Shown: piece by piece, positions 23,146-37,074 of the stretch
Position numbering within the stretch: the stretch's first letter is position 1
Layout: each line of letters starts with the position of its first letter
Source: Botryllus schlosseri
Taxonomy: Eukaryota
Length of the DNA: 60,000 nucleotides
Direction of reading: 5' to 3'
Assembly (NCBI GenBank): GCA_051294905.1
Contig: CM119371.1
Coordinates: forward strand, 40,612,001-40,672,000
Translations under genes and position numbers: made by a program
Notes under the pieces: model-generated
Seen by the model: the letters and a program-made list of their open reading frames with translations, nothing else
Told to the model about the DNA's origin: nothing
The model's database searches: none

Positions 23146-26100
23146 GTCATCTATGCCCACATTGAATGTACAGAGTCGTCGCATGATGATACTTGAGAAC
23201 ATGAATTTGTTTTCCATGATGTTTGTACACCGACACATTGTATGTACACCTCGTTTACGCGAATACTTGTGAACAATCGTGACGTTACTTGTATGTGATG
23301 GTGTATGCATTGGTATTTTTCATGGAGACAAAACACGGTCTGTAACATGTTTACTTGAATATTGGTCGTTGGTTCATGAGTGAATATCCGGATCAGGCCC
23401 ACACACTTTCTCATATTAGTGATCCGGTTGCAGCTGACTGGAGCGACATGTATTGACCAGTAAAGACACAATATAGTAAACAGACCTGAGGAAACTCACA
23501 AGTAACCCGGAGTTATTAGCGCGATGGGGAACATAAATTCATCCGTTTTCCGAACACCATTATCCGTGTATCAACCAGTTACCAAAGTCAAGGGGGGGGG
23601 GGGTGTTTTATTCAGACATTTTGACTCTGGAAAATCCAAAGCACGAACCCGGACATCACAGACATATCGGAAACCCCTTTATTCGCCAATTCCGAAAACA
23701 TACATGTCGATGTACAACAGCACATTGTTATTGTATGTGAGTAACCAATGATTTTGATGGGATGCATCAGAGCAAGTGAATATTTGATTAGACAAATGTA
23801 TCGGAGTCGTTGTTGGTGTATATTTTGTCACTACCCGTTGTAGCAATATCCAAAAATATCAAATTGGCCGGTGTGGTTGTCAGTTTTCAAAACGAAAATG
23901 ATATTGTTACCCAGGGAAAAGATAGATTTCCAAGTGAAAACGGTATTGGTACTCGGGTAAATGATAGTTTTCCAGACGAAAAGGGTTTGTTACCCGGGAG
24001 AAATGATTAGTTACTCTAGGAAAAGCTAGATGACCAAGAGAAAATGTATTGTTACACTGGGTAAACGCCAGATCTCCAAAGGAAAATGATATTTTTACTC
24101 AGGTAAACGACGACCCACCAAGTGAAAATGGCTTGTTGCTCAGGGAAAAAGGTTTGTTACCCGGGGGAAAAGGTTTGTTGCCCAGAGAAAAAATATATTT
24201 CCAAGTGAAAAAGGTTTGTTAACCAGAGAAAAAAATATATTTCCAAGTGAAAAAGGTTTGTTACCCAGAGAAAAAATATATTTCCAAGTGAAAAAGGTTT
24301 GTTAACCAGAGAAAAAATATATTTCCAAGTGAAAAAAGGTTTGTTAACCAGAGAAAAAATATATTTCCAAGTGAAAAAGGTTTGTTAACCAGAGAAAAAA
24401 TATATTTCCAAGTGAAAAAGGTTTGTTACCAAGAGAAAAAATATATTTCCAAGTGAAAAAGGTTTGTTATCCAGGGCAAAAATAGATTTCCAAGTGAAAA
24501 GGGGTTTGTTATCCAGGGCAAAAATAGATTTCCAAGTGAAAAGGGGTTTGTTATCCAGGTCAAAAATATATTTCCAAGTGAAAAGGGGATTGTTACACTG
24601 CGTAAACGATAAATCTCCAAAGGACAATGGTATTTTTAGTCAGGTAACGGCTGACCTCCAGGTGAAAATGGAAATTTTACTTGGGTAGGTATCGTATGTT
24701 TAGTGTCGTTGGTATTGTTAAACGTTGTCGCCGGTAGCCGTTGGTATACTATTACGAGTGTGAAAAGGATTTGCACGCCTGTGCAGAGTATCGCGGTGGT
24801 GAACATATTTTTCGCGTCACGAAACGCGATCGCTGTTTAAATGTTAATGCATGCATTTCGATTTCCGAGTTGCTGTACAATAGAGATGACTCCGCGTTAG
24901 ACCGCGCTGTTTACTTCGATTAAAACCACAAGACCACGTGTAAATCTATTCGCGCAACTAGATGATGTTGATATAGTGTTACTAAAATTAATTATTACCT
25001 ATTTACACAACATAAAAAAATAACAATTCATGTCGTAGCAGGTTTCTTGAACTCGTGCTTGATGAAAACGATTGGCGACAAGTATGCGTTTGTGTTTGAT
25101 TGAAAAATAATTATTTAGAGTAGTGACATTTTGTGACCAACGAATGCAAATCGATCATGATATTACAATATACGCTTTCGTCAACATAACGACTTGGTGT
25201 AGAAACACTTTCATGTTTTTTCAATAACTGGATTCTCGAGACTTGTTACTTGTACGATGTACCGTTGGTGACTATAACGGCCATTTTGTATGATAGTACG
25301 TTTAGCTGTTTTGTTGTTAGGGTAATCACTTGATGACCCAGCACTTTTTGTTAGTAAAGTGGATTGATTTGTGTGTAAGACGTAAGCGCCGTAACTAGAA
25401 AACATATGTACTCTGTTGTTGTAGTAGCTGATTTATTGCTATGACACGGACATATCCTGAAACCTTGGTTGGTTTGTTGTCCTACGAAAGATGAGGTGAC
25501 CTCGGTGTCGTAAATTGTGTTAACTAAACCCGGATGGATACCACAATTGTGCTGGACTTACACATGGTATTCGCATACTGCACGCATACAAACTTTTGTG
25601 TAAACAACTCTGATGTTTCTGTTAATACTAGTTCTATGTTGAACTACTTGATTATTACGATACATGAACAACCGTTCAGACGATAAAGTTCTTGAGGTAT
25701 CGAAACAGTTTGAAAGCACCCCCAATCATTGTACAGGTTTGTAGCATGAGCGAATATTTTCGTGTAACATGAATATATTTCATATGTCTTCGGTAAGAAA
25801 TGGGTTATGTGGGATAATAATTAGTATCGTAAAACTTGTTGTGTTTGATTGCATACTTTTTTAACATTGTTTGTTGTTGAAAGACGGGCGAGTTTACATT
25901 TAAATATAGTAAGCAGAGCAACTCAAGTAATAAATTTTACTCGTTTGAAAATCGACAACGGAAAAAATGCCGATGAATGGAGTAACAGTAATAATATGTG
26001 TGGTATATTATTTTTCGTGATATGCAACCAATCTTCTAAGCAGAACTTGTCAATAATTTACCATGTCGTAGAAAAGCCTATTGTTATGAATTCAAAACAA

Positions 26101-29100
26101 ATGTACTTCACTTATCACGATGATGGAAATTAAGATCAACGCAGTATTTCGAAGTGGTATGTTCAGCAATCACTAAATGACAAAAATATCAAACTGTGCA
26201 TACAACTCGGTTAGGTAAACGATCCGGTTACAAGTCGGATGTATTCTTGATGAACAGATGACAGTCTGATGATGTAAAGCTCAACCACCCAAATGTGTTC
26301 ATTGCAAAGTATTTGACACAAACAAAATATCGAATGGAGACTTCGGTTTCATTACCAAGCTAGTGAAAATTGTTTTCTGTTGGTCAGGTAGGACACATTT
26401 GACAAACATCGTACACATTGTATCTTCGTGATGGTAACGACTTTCAGCGGCTTGGTTTCATGTCGGGGATTATTATTTGAGGGTTCAAGAACAATTTCAT
26501 TCAATACTACAAATAAACAACAATGCATAACACGTAGCAAATAACAGTGTAGCAAGTACTTTTTTGATATTACGAGTGTTGGGCACTAGACACTTCTAGT
26601 TGAATTGGATGCATCTAACAAACATATCACAATTTACTTTTGTAATGATCAAAGTCTTAGAGTGTATAACCTCGCGATATTTTACATTTAGCACACACAA
26701 TGGGGAGTTACTGAAATGATTAAGAATTGATCGCTAGCTTCGAACGGTACTCGATACTCAAAGTGATATTTTCACACTCTGTAAAGTGCATATGTTTCAA
26801 TTCTCTGTCACAAATTCCGACATGGTGATATGTCGAGACGTAATACTATTTCCGTACACTCAATTACAACAAAACATAACCCGCATTCAAATAAGCCGTA
26901 AGCTACAAGTGGATTTAAAACTTGATGCTGTTTTGTGGTTAACTCAAGTCAGTGGTCACGTTTGTGTTGATTTCAGGAATGATCATGACGAGTTGGTCGG
27001 GTAAATTAGTGGTAGTAACTATGACCTTACAGAGTTGCTGACATTCCAATATCTTTTACGCTGTAATATTACGGATTTAATTGTGATAAATTATTTCTCA
27101 GTTATTGTTCAGACATTCAAATCTCGTATACTCGAAATATAGTATGTCCAAGTCAAATCGTATATGCACCGATTTGTAAATACTTTGTCTTCAGAATAGT
27201 AACAACCTTTACAATTGAATAAAAAAGACCGAGCATACGAATACAACCAGGATGAATTAATTCAAATTTATGAGTTGCAGTGATATAATCAAGTAAGTGA
27301 AAACTAGATTTTGAACAATTGTTAATGTTGTGAATAATTCTTTTGAGTATGGTAAGATGTTAAAATATCTCTTTGACAAATGGAAAGCGGGATCGTGAAT
27401 AGAGTTGTAATGTTACATTACTTGTTTCAAAGTATGATCTTGAAATGTGGCTGGATCAAAGTTGGTAGTCGTGTTTGTCAATCCTATTTCAATTCACACT
27501 ATGTCAAAGTCCAAATATTTCATTCTGGATTATTTGGATTTACCTTTAGTACATCCCGCGAACGTGGATTATTTGGATTTACCTTTAGTACATCCCGCGA
27601 ATGTGGATTATTTGGATTTACCTTTAGTACATCCCGCGAATGGATCCCGATGCGGTACTATAACATTTTTGATAATAATGACTCAAGGATTTTCAATCAA
27701 CAATACTGGAATTTTTTGGTAATGCTAGAGTTGCCAAATGATTAGTTGCGTGTTTTTGTTAAGTGTTTGATTTCAAGTTAATAAAGACAATAACTGTGTA
27801 ATGCACATACTTGTGATTCTTGATTCTTGTAGAGTTATAGTTGGTATTGATTCTATAAGTGCGAAAACAGCGACGCGGAATGTGCGAATAATTCGATGCG
27901 GCTGAAAGTCGGCGTCAGTAATATTCGGGTTACGTTCGATTCAACAAAAACGCGTTAAGGGATTTGTCAAAGGATTTGAGTTGTGTCGATTTAAAACATT
28001 CAGATACGAATCGACTTGATTTGTGTAGTGAGTTTCATTTCAAGTTGATAAGCTAACACATTGATTGAATATTTTCATGGATCTTATCACACAACTAAAG
28101 TCAGCCACTATTCTGGAGGCGTGAAACATATAGCGATCGCGGGCGAGTGACAAATTGTCGGTTTTCCAATCACCGCCTGCGACGGTTCTGTGACAAACTA
28201 ATTACCGAAATATTACCTTGTGGGCGGGTATGAGGAATTGCTATGTCTGAAGTATTATCCGGTGAGTGGTCGTTGGATTTTAAAATTATATCACATCCTT
28301 TTGAATAAGCGTTCACTTCACAAAGGATTAGGGTTAGAGCGGAAATAAGTGACAATTTGTCGCTATTCAAGTTACCGACACTGGCGGTCTGTTATTCGTT
28401 ACTTGTTAAATCTTACCAGCGATATCAAGTTCTGTGACAAACTGATTACTAAAATTTCACCGCGTGAGCGATCAATATGCCTGTAACACCAAGTCGTGAA
28501 AGATGGTTATGTCCGAGACATTATCTTGTCAGTGATCGCGGGGTTTTGCAAATATTTCACACCTTTTTGAATAAGCGTTAACTTCACAAAGGATTACGGC
28601 TAGAATAGAAATAAGTGACAATTTGTTGGTATTCAAGTCTCGCCGGGGGTGTATCTGTTATTCGGCACTTATTACACTTATCACGAAATTATAGTGAGAA
28701 CATAAAGCATCAAGTTGTTGTTTTCGAATTTTGATGCCGAGGTGATAAATTTACGCATTCAATTATAATTCAACTTCGGTTGTGTATTGAGTGATAGATC
28801 GATATGCCGGAAGTGGTATCTTGTGAGCGATCGTAGGATTTTACAAATATTTCACATCTTTTTGAAGTGTTAGTTTGCGAGCGCGGTTATTGTTGATATT
28901 CGAATCGCCGGCTACGCCGGCTCTGCGGTAAACTAATTACCAAAATATTACCTTGGAAGTGATTCCTAGATTTAGCAAACTATTTCGCACTGACTGACCT
29001 AGTGTAATAATCGATAGTAGCACACGGCTGGACGAGAAATAATTCAGCGCGCAGGTCGTTCGGAATATAGGTCGCACGCACTGCGTAAATCCTCTTGCAA

Positions 29101-29808
29101 GCCACGTTTCCGTTTGTGCGGTTATTGTTGGTGACTCGTACATATTCAACACCGCGCGAGAGATGCCTGAAAGTACGAATCACGACCGCACCCATAAGAA
29201 CACATGGCGAGTCACCACAGATCCCGTAAGAATACATGACAGACACATTTATCGTCGTTAGCATGTCGCCGCACGTATACCAAAAAACATTAGCATGTCA
29301 CCACGAGTTTCCCAGCCGCGTGCGAGCGATCCCTATACTGAAAAGAGTTACCGTGCGAGAGGGGCCATAAGACGCAATAGCCGCATACGACCGCACCCAT
29401 AAGAACACATGGCGAATCACCACCACAACCTATACGCGAAAGTACGACATGCGAGAGATGCCTATACCCGAAAGGGCGATGTGCCACCACGAGTTTTCCA
29501 TGCGATGTGCGAGAGATGCCTATACCCGAAAGTGCGACATGCGAGCGGGCCCATAAGAACCAATGGCGATGTGCGAGCGGAAGGGGGGGTCTAAAAGCGC
29601 GATATGCCAACACGAGTTTCACGGCACCATGCCGCCGCAGCCTATACCCGAAAAGGTAACCATGCCACCCCCGCCATAAGACACAATGGCACCATGCCAC
29701 CCCCGCCATAAGACATAAGGGTCACCATGCCACCCCCGGTTTCTCGGCACCATGCCACCCCGCCCATAAGAACCCCACGCCAATGTGCGAGCGATCGTAC
29801 TAACTACT
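23146..29808 (-). repeat. Right inverted arm of copy 1
   Basis: Reverse complement of 15512-22170. Confidence 0.95.
27380..27745 (+). CDS. Hypothetical 121-aa arm protein (right-arm copy)
   Basis: Mirror of 17575-17940; AATAAA at 27780. Confidence 0.35.
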   Translation: MESGIVNRVVMLHYLFQSMILKCGWIKVGSRVCQSYFNSHYVKVQIFHSGLFGFTFSTSRERGLFGFTFSTSRECGLFGFTFSTSREWIPMRYYNIFDNNDSRIFNQQYWNFLVMLELPND

Positions 29809-29911
29809 CACCTATATGTCTTTGTTGCTACATCGGATATTACTGACGGCTGACGGACTCTAGATTACTATAGATAACTAACCTATTAGTAGATTAGTAA
29901 TCCATAGAGAC

Positions 29912-30550
29912 CAGGAATGGCCAACCTTTTCGGCTAAAGGGGCACATGCAATTGACGAACGAGTGCGCAGTCCACTAGCCACGCCAAGCGGGTAAAGTTT
30001 TCTCAGTTTATAAATAAACTAGGTGAGTATTGCGGGTCTATTGTATACCACCCGCTAGGCTCAGTTTGCAAGGACACGACGACTATTCAGCGTCTGGACA
30101 CATCGATATCGAAGGTCTCCGATAATATGCGACAATCATTTTGTGCCTACATTTCACCGTCGACGATTTTTATGCGAGCGCAAACGCGAAAAGACTTTCT
30201 TCCGTAACTGCGATTACAGTTAGACTCAATCGGGTAAATTATAGGCGTTTTTTTTTTTCATTTTCAGTAGGGGGTAGGCTATCAAGCAAGAAATCGTGTG
30301 ACAATTAAACACTCGAAGCGTGTCTAATGTACGACGATTCACTGAAAATGTGACTGGAACCTGGATCTGCCAATGCATCGGAACTGATATTTATAGTCAT
30401 CAACATCCCAAGTGTCGCAGCCAGAATTGTAATTTTTGGTTGGCATTGCAAGTTCACAATCTGAGCAATTCATTTTCGATAATATAATAGGACATTACCT
30501 CGCGGGCCGCGCAAAACCCGCTCGCGGGCCACAATTGGGGGCCACCCCTG
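29912..30550. mobile_element. hAT-Charlie-like MITE
   Basis: CAGGAATGGCCAA ... GGCCACCCCTG termini; GCGGGCC subterminal motifs; 8-bp TSD ATAGAGAC/ATATAGAC. Confidence 0.75.
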
Positions 30551-33404
30551 ATATAGACAGGACCATTCGATAATTTCAGAGCCGGAGCCGGAACTGGAGC
30601 CGGAGCAGTGGTTATAATGCGGCTCCGGAGCTGGAGCCGGAGCTAATGTATGATAGAAGAGAGCTCCGGAGCCGGAGCTGGAGCAGTTTAAATTTACGGC
30701 TGCTCCAAAGCCCTGATTGTTACATCACACCTTAGGGGCGACAGGCATATATGTCCCGGTTGCTCGGCCATTTTACGAATAGGAGAGAGTATATCACCGT
30801 TTCTTAATTGTGCGCGGCTTTGAGAGAATAGATAGTGAATGCTTGTTATGAGCGCTACCGGGGCAAGCCCCGGCTAGGCATTCACAAAGCGAAAACACAG
30901 AAGAGAATTCGATTTTCGCAGAGACTTCGCTATGTATGGGCATTTGCAAGCGAAAGCACAAGAAGAACGCGGGTTTCGCTGTGATCTCGGTATATATTGA
31001 TTGCTGTGCGTCTATAAATGGTTAAATTGTTATTGAACAGAATTTTAGGTGGGGCAATGCCCCAGTTGCCCTATAGGACGAGCCGCCACTGGCGTGTATA
31101 ATGGTTTGATAGAACCGCCGCTGTGTGGTTCATAGCAATGAAGGGATAAAATCCACATTTAATAGTAGTAACAATCTACGATGCTTGGAGCAGGCCTAAA
31201 TCGATATATCTACGAAGGGTCTTATCCGCGCCGGCAGACCGGCAAGGCTCCAATATCACGCGGCTGGAAAGGTCCTCCCACCGATCCGCGGCTTGATTCA
31301 CGACACAGTGCGACAGTACGTTTTAATATTCTTGCAAATGCTAAGTAACGTTTATATTATTTTATTAAGTCATGAACAGCATTCCCCTAATTCATCATTC
31401 TCCATACGCTCCGACCCATCACCGTGATTTTATAGGATATTTTGCCATCCTCCCATAGTATAGTTTCACCGGACCATTGACGGGACCATACGGCTTTTCG
31501 CGTGTAACACAGCGACGTAGCATCAACCATGTTGTGCGGTATGAAGCCATTTCGGTGCTGTTATTTCAAAGTTGCTGGAAGTTACGTTTACCGCGGTTCG
31601 ACGATTATGCATTTTTATCATACTTTCATCGATTCAGTACACCACACGATTGTAATAAAATGAAATTATAGGATCCTTCAAAGGAGTCCATACGTATTGG
31701 AGTGGTGAGCTGCCGAAGGTGACAAAAACTACGAGCTGCGCCCGCAAGGGCGCAGTATAGAGAAAGCGCGATGGATCCACCAAAGTTCTTATTGGAGTTT
31801 TAATTGTAGATATGTCGTTAAAATATAGTGATAAACAATGCATTTGGTGTTTTAGCCAAAGGATCTTCCTCCGTAAGCTGTCATAGGCAGGCTTAACCCT
31901 ACCGACAAAAATCCAAAGATTGGTATTATGGGTAGATATAATGTAACATAAAATCTGGAAAAGTAGTGGATAAAAGGTAAGATGTAATTAAGTGAAGGAG
32001 TTGTAGTATAGATGTATGAAATAGTAGATATTAAACAAAAAGATATATTTATATGTATAAATATGAAACAAAACATATATAAATTCATGAAAACTTAGTA
32101 TAAGCAGAGGGAATGAATATAGTAAAATGGATATTGGCTCATTCCAAAGCAACTCTACCCTAGCACCTTACTTCGTCAGGGGTATAAAGGCGTGGGTAGG
32201 GTCTTAGCCTCTCCTTTTCTGTCGCAATTAACCGGTAATGCTTACACCCAATTGGTCGCCAACCCTAGGCCGAGAACAGTGGTTCCCAAAGGGCGCAATA
32301 TCGCCCCTGGGACGAATTTGAGAGACAGTGGTCGAAAATGTTAGAGCGTTGCAGTTGCTCGGCAACTTAAGGGTTTAAGTTAACAAACAAACAACCAATA
32401 ATTAGCATGGAGAACTTATTATAATTAAATCACGTACTACACATTAAGCATGCTATAGTGAATATTGTAACAGATCCCTGTTGTCGATCAACCTTGAAAT
32501 GTGTATATCTCGTAACCGAGAGACATCCTGTTGGAGTATATGGTAACTGACAACCTCCAATACCTACTAACCGCAAGCAGATCTGATGCGATCTGGCTTT
32601 CATTCGATCAGAGGAAACCGCGGCCAAGCTGTGGCAGAGTGTTGCAAATTATACAGCTGTGATACAGATATGATGCACCTGCTTGCGGGACTATATGATA
32701 ATATCCAATATTGTGTATTTCACGCCATATTAGGAGACGAATAAGACTTCCGATTGCAGTGATCACGAGTCGGTACTGATGAACATACCACCGTGATTAT
32801 CCGTTCATGGTGTTCATAATTGGATTACCTATACCTACCACAATTACCTTATAATTGCCGTTATTCTTAGCAAGTTACAATCCGATATAATCTCATAACA
32901 AGAATAGGCATGAATGCCTGGGGCGGGTTCAAATCCATTGGGCATACAGTAAAAATAGCGTCTCTCAAATCTTTCTGAAAAGCCGACCTAATCTTCCATT
33001 ATCGCCTTGGGGCAAGACACGCAGCTTTGTTCTATTTTGATCTCCTTGTCGACGTGATTACATTTAACCTCGAGAGGCAAGATTATCTAAGTTTCATTTC
33101 TGAAGCACCACGAATAACTGAATAAAATTAGGCGTAAAAAAGCAGTGCTACAGTCTAAAAGAGAGATCCCCCGCCGTTATTGCTTCATACCACCTTAGAG
33201 TGGTGGCTCAATGATATCACATTGTGGTCACCCTTCAATCGCAACCCATAAATTTGAAACAATACATCCTTATCCGCGAGAACGTAATTGGTAAACAAAA
33301 AATATATATATATAGACGGTTTCCGCCGGAATCGCAAGGCATTTGTATTTGCACATAAAATTTTTTTGTTTTTGTTTTTGAAAGTTATTTTTCTTGTCCT
33401 TCTT

Positions 33405-33645
33405 TTATCCAGTATTTATCCCTTGTAGGCCTATCAAGTTTTCAGTTTCCTGACTTGCTAACTCGTCTGCTTGCATAATGGAACTACTATTCAACGTCTG
33501 CATCCGGATCTCATGTCGTCTATTTCTCGCGACAATCCTACGTCGATCACCCAACCCATAATGATTTTTGCTATGATAATATTTCTTAACGAAATATATT
33601 AGGAAACCAACAACTACCACTACAACGATAATTATGGCCAGCCTC
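33405..33645 (-). other. Isolated transmembrane helix plus cytoplasmic tail coding fragment
   Basis: LAIIIVVVVVVGFLIYFV followed by KKYYHSK and a ~55-aa polar tail to a stop; origin unknown. Confidence 0.35.
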
Positions 33646-36600
33646 CCGTCTCTCGGACGTTTTGCCGGTCTTTAAAAATGGCGCACATGAATGTCCGTCC
33701 CCACTTTAAAAGAATAGTTCCTTTCCTTTTTGAAGGTTATGCAATTCCTCCGTTATATTGATTTTTCCTAATTTAATTACGGTATTGGTTAATTCATATC
33801 CTCACGGCCAGGATAGCGACGTAATATAATCATTGACCAGGCTCGTTCTGTTCCTTTCGTACGATAGAGACCTGGTCAATCCTTGTTCTAAACTATCTTT
33901 CGAGTTTACAGCAGTCGTTATAGAGTGAGAGGGCTCGGTAGAATTTACGGTTACACCTTCGCTATATAGGTTAGTAATTCGAGTAGGCTACTCACGGGCT
34001 GGGTAGAGTAGCTACCCAGAGTCTCGTTCCGAATTTCTTCAATCCGTTCTCCTACAATCACTTCGTTACGCAGGGCGATCCAGGTTCTTCCTGATTCCAT
34101 CGTGGTTTTTGTTGCTCGCAAAGACGGCGTGGTCATTCAGGGCGTAGCTTCCGTTCTAGAAGTCTGTATCTTCGGTGTGTTCATCTTCTCTGGAAACTCC
34201 AACGCCGGCCGCGTATCTTGAGATATGTTTCGTTGATCCATTGCCGCTGCCGTTATCCTCTTCGTCACCGCAGGAACTGTTAGAAAGGAAACTTCTGTCG
34301 ATTTGACAGACGCATTAAAAAGAGGTTGAAAATTCTATACAACGCCTCACACCCTTTTCCGACCACCCTCCTGTCCTTACCGTTCATGGGATGTCACGAT
34401 GGTGGTCAGTTTCTACTGCGTAAACCCCTGTTCGATGGCGACCAAGTTCCGGAAATTCTCAATTAACTCCTGTTAGCCCTTAGCCTGCTCTTCTTCCTTT
34501 TGATTATAAAAAAAGGTTTCAAGTTCGATGTTACATTGGTATTTTATGGCCTGCGAGGCCATTGAGATGACCTCGTCGATCTATATCATACGCTGCATGA
34601 AGTTGACATACTTTATTTTTACATTCTTCTGTACCTCCCATGGTGTAATTTTATTATCCAGACTGGTGAGGTCTGGTGGCTCATAAATAGATTTAACCCG
34701 TTCAACTGCCTGGCTACCAGTCCTTCTAATTCCAATTTAAACACTACATCGGTCCCATTACACAGTTAATACGTAGTTATCGGACCGCGAATCAGCCTGA
34801 TTAGGCCTTGACCTATTTCTGATTTCAATGGGGAGGGGGCGAGGTTCCTTTTAGCCAGTGGGGCTTCCTCACTCGACTGTTTTTTTTCCTCTGAGGTATA
34901 TAGCTGCGTGCCCGCATCTACCCTCACGCCGACGACTTCCTCATCCTTTGTCGTCGGGGCCCTTTTTCTGGAAGGTTTGCATACTACCTTCAGACTCCTC
35001 GTCACACACACGTTTTCGTTTCACAGTGTGTGTGTCGCTAGCTGCATCTAAAATGTCTTTCTCGGTAAACGGCACGACTGCTGCGACCTTGGGGCCGTCG
35101 GATAACCGATTCCCACATTATCATTGTGGCGAACGCATCGGCCGTCATTGTCAGGATTCTTCCATACACCTTTGTCCTGATTAATGCTCGCGGAATTACC
35201 TCGCTTAGCATGAAGGGATTCGAGGGTTGGCCATATTCCCCCGATTTAGACTAGCGTTAACATCTATACTACCTTGGACGCCAAGTCTCTTCGAGAAAGA
35301 GGGATCCGTTCGATCCACGGTAACGTCAGTGGGGCTTCCGCACTCGGCGTTACGTAATTTCGCAGCTGCCATCGTCCCGCAATTGGCAGCAGTGTTGCAA
35401 GTACTAACTCCCAGTTTCGTTTTTTTTGCGGTCAATTAACGCGGCAAACGTCAATTTAATATTAACTGAGGACGGGTCTTAAACTCCGTCACAGCTCCTT
35501 TGTGTTAACTTTCTTGCGGGTTGCAAAGGGAACTCGTGGCTTAAAAATAAACGATTGTTCTAGGACTTCACGTGGGATTAACCCCCCATTCTATACGCTG
35601 TACAGTATCAATAATTACTAACGTTGTCACCTAATTATAGTCCGTAAGGCTTTACCTTGGCGGAATGCAGGCGTTATCGGAACATTTCCTCCTTCTGGAG
35701 GCTCTCAATTTGTTTTGTTTTTTCAAGATTATACTATCGGCATTTTGGCTCCAGTAAAGTAAACAGCAGAAATGGCGTGAGTATGCTCCTTTTGCAATAC
35801 GGACGGCAGCAATGACGATTATTTCAGAATCACGCTACTATACGACTACACCGAAATCGTGAAGCAGTCGACTATGATCGATTACAATTACATGGAATAG
35901 TAATCACGATTACTCGCCCTTACATTGACTTTACCTAATATCATTATTGTTGCTGGCGACATCAATATAAATCCATTGCCCAATTTTATAGCTGACGATT
36001 CTTGCCCCGACGATTTTTTTTATTCTAGCCACCAATCCACGCTAAAATGGTGCATAAGCGGGTAGCTGAGGCGGGATATTAAGTAAATAATCATGGCAAT
36101 CGATTGTTTTAAGTAGGGCCACGTGAGAATATGATAAAATGAACATAAAATTATGCCATAAGGAGTAGTTTTTCTCGTATTCGAAGATGTAAGCCTATTA
36201 CCTACAATCGATTTTATATACAGATATTACCGGCTGCCGTTCTGGTTATGATTTATACCAGAAGACTTTGGTTCTATACATGTTCATGATCACTACATCA
36301 GTACATACCCACAGTAAGGAGTGATACGTCAATGACGTGAAACCTTCAATGATTTAATTATTGGTATTTTCCATCGATGTTTATTGTTCAATGTTCATGA
36401 ATGACTAGATTTTAAACATTTTTATTAGCAAAATCAAGCAATTTGCATATTTATTTCCAATCAAGACGTGGAAAGCTTTGGCGTTGTTTGCAATTTGAAT
36501 ATTTAATTATGAATGTCCCTTCCACGACTGCATATGGCGTCACCATATCTGTTGTTCTTTTTGATCAATCAAGGAATCGTGCAATCCAAGATTTCGAAGC

Positions 36601-36703
36601 GGTGCATCGAATTCGCGAGCGATATCGGTCGCTGGCGCGACAGTAACTTAAATTTCAGGATTTTTTTAAGGGGGCGTCGGAGTCCCTATCCCTGAATACG
36701 TTA

Positions 36704-36951
36704 TGTGGCCGTTCTGTCTTTGTTCCTATTATAATCTATATACCTCACAGAAGATGATGCCACTGTCTTTCAGGTTCGAGACTGAAATGAGAGGTTCCAC
36801 CGAATGCGAACTCACAGTATGTATTTCACAAAAGCAGCAGTCTAGTACCAAAGCCAGCGCAGCAGAATACGAATAATACTAGTTCCTCATTTTCCCGCCG
36901 GCGTGATCTCCTAACCGGAGATCACCCAGCCTCCGGATCCGAGCGGTTACA
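36704..36951 (-). repeat. 3' LTR
   Basis: TGTGGCC...GGTTACA, identical to 55603-55850. Confidence 0.95.
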
Positions 36952-37074
36952 CCTCTCCCCTCCCTAATTGAGTGAGCTAGGAGGAAAAAGATCACTCACA
37001 AGCGGCAAGGCCGTGCAAAAATAAATACAAATGACAATACGTACAAAAAAAAGCAATCACATGAAGTAACAAGA

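Larger units (their letters stand above)
15512..29808. mobile_element. Giant palindromic non-autonomous Polinton/Maverick-like element, copy 1 (14.3 kb)
   Basis: AGTAGTTAG...CTAACTACT termini; 6-bp TSD CACCTA (15506-15511 / 29809-29814); inverted arms 15512-22170 and 23146-29808; unique 975-bp loop. Confidence 0.85.
15174..30715. mobile_element. hAT-type non-autonomous element with GGAGCC subterminal repeats, host of two nested insertions
   Basis: CAGAACTTTGGAGC / GCTCCAAAGCCCTG termini; perfect 8-bp TSD ATTGTTAC (15166-15173 / 30716-30723); GGAGCC arrays at 15183-15330 and 30578-30685. Confidence 0.85.

Noticed and set aside
32900..33030. tRNA gene suggested by B-box GGTTCAAATCC
   Set aside because: No cloverleaf or A-box; at most a decayed SINE head.
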